DNA of 64,000 nucleotides, the filler included, from Octopus bimaculoides (taxonomy: Eukaryota), in NCBI RefSeq assembly GCF_001194135.2. It is 7 parts of 7 records of this genome, joined end to end, with 100 filler letters (N's around TTAATTAATTAA, not from the genome) between each part and the next. Parts side by side here need not be neighbours in the genome. Positions count along the whole stretch, not along the records: positions 62,721 to 64,000 come from NW_026433150.1; 6 more parts are not named here. The stretch is one strand, 5' to 3'. Shown here piece after piece: positions 63,206 through 64,000 of this stretch (its first letter is position 1; each line of letters begins with the position of its first letter). The notes under the pieces were generated by a model. It was not told where the DNA came from and made no database searches. It saw only the letters and a list, made by a program, of their open reading frames with translations. Position numbers and translations under genes: made by a program.

Positions 63206-64000
63206 CTAACTCTTCGAAACGCCAGTGTTATAATAGTGGTAGCTGATGAGGGAAATGTTCTCTATGTGACCTGTGTGTTTTCTGTACCTTGTTTATCATT
63301 TTGTCCATTTTCTTTTTTTGCAACCTCATGTACCTGGATATGCATCTATATATACATGTAGATGAAGGTATGTACATACATGTACATATATATGCATATA
63401 CCCACACACCAGTGGCGTGCGGTGACTTCCGGGGTTGGGCATGCAAAGAATTTCCCCTCCCCCCCCAGCAATTTTTCAGTAAATAAATATTCGTATTCCT
63501 ACAATTTACATATGGGAGATTCTGAATATGCAATCACCCTCGTATGACCTAGAATAAGCAGGGAATAAAAAATGGCTCTGTAAAGATGAGCCTGAAATAA
63601 GTGTATTGTTTATATTTTTCTCTCTCTTCGAAACGTCAGTACTTTCCCATCCTCACTCTCCCTTAAAAAGTCTAAAAATCATAAGTGAAATGTAATAAAG
63701 ATGAAATTGGATTCTGTTAATATTTTTTGCATATTCGGAATCTCTGTTAAAGGTAGAAATCACAAAAGATTTTTTCACAAAATTCGTTTTTCAAAGGGGT
63801 GCGATTCTGCATTAGCCCCTATACCTATTGGTTGAGCTGAATCAAATTGAAATGATTTAATTAAGAGAACACATTTAGTTACATTATATGGCCATGCTTT
63901 AAGATCGTTACGCCCTGGAAGACAAGACAGGTGTTTTATCATGCTACTTTTCAATTCCGGGAAAATTATCGATACTCAAGCAGACTGTTCTGAGACTTAC

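Noticed and set aside
63209-63260. Hammerhead-like GAAAC...CTGATGA (also 32695-32735 minus, 2645-2680 minus, 39835-39865 minus)
   Set aside because: Motif order leaves no room for stem I, or several core positions and stems fail.

Overview
Eukaryotic, AT-rich, gap-ridden DNA made almost entirely of transposon relics and microsatellites. The SINE/LINE repertoire suggests an octopod cephalopod (inference, not confirmed). I could not support any host protein-coding gene, rRNA, functional tRNA or CRISPR array; most listed ORFs are microsatellite or N-gap artefacts. Elements recognised: three tRNA-derived SINE families, RTE LINEs, five restriction-like-endonuclease (RLE, R4/Dong-like) non-LTR fragments anchored in (AAT)n, two different Penelope-like GIY-YIG fragments, a CR1-like LINE 3' end, a Gypsy relic with a tRNA-Trp PBS, two DD41D and one mariner transposase fragments, a Helitron with canonical ends, and three long inverted-repeat/foldback elements. 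Best leads: (1) a 4-kb same-strand stack of (AAT)n-anchored elements at 8.5-12.5 kb; (2) a Penelope endonuclease apparently split by about 170 codons of T/D-rich repeats; (3) a 414-bp foldback with about 200-bp arms; (4) an RTE 3' UTR built from ~66-bp modules, with ends that often abut (TA)n; (5) a CpG-decay contrast between assembly fragments. Six synthetic N44-TTAATTAATTAA-N44 linkers mean adjacency across them is not biological evidence.
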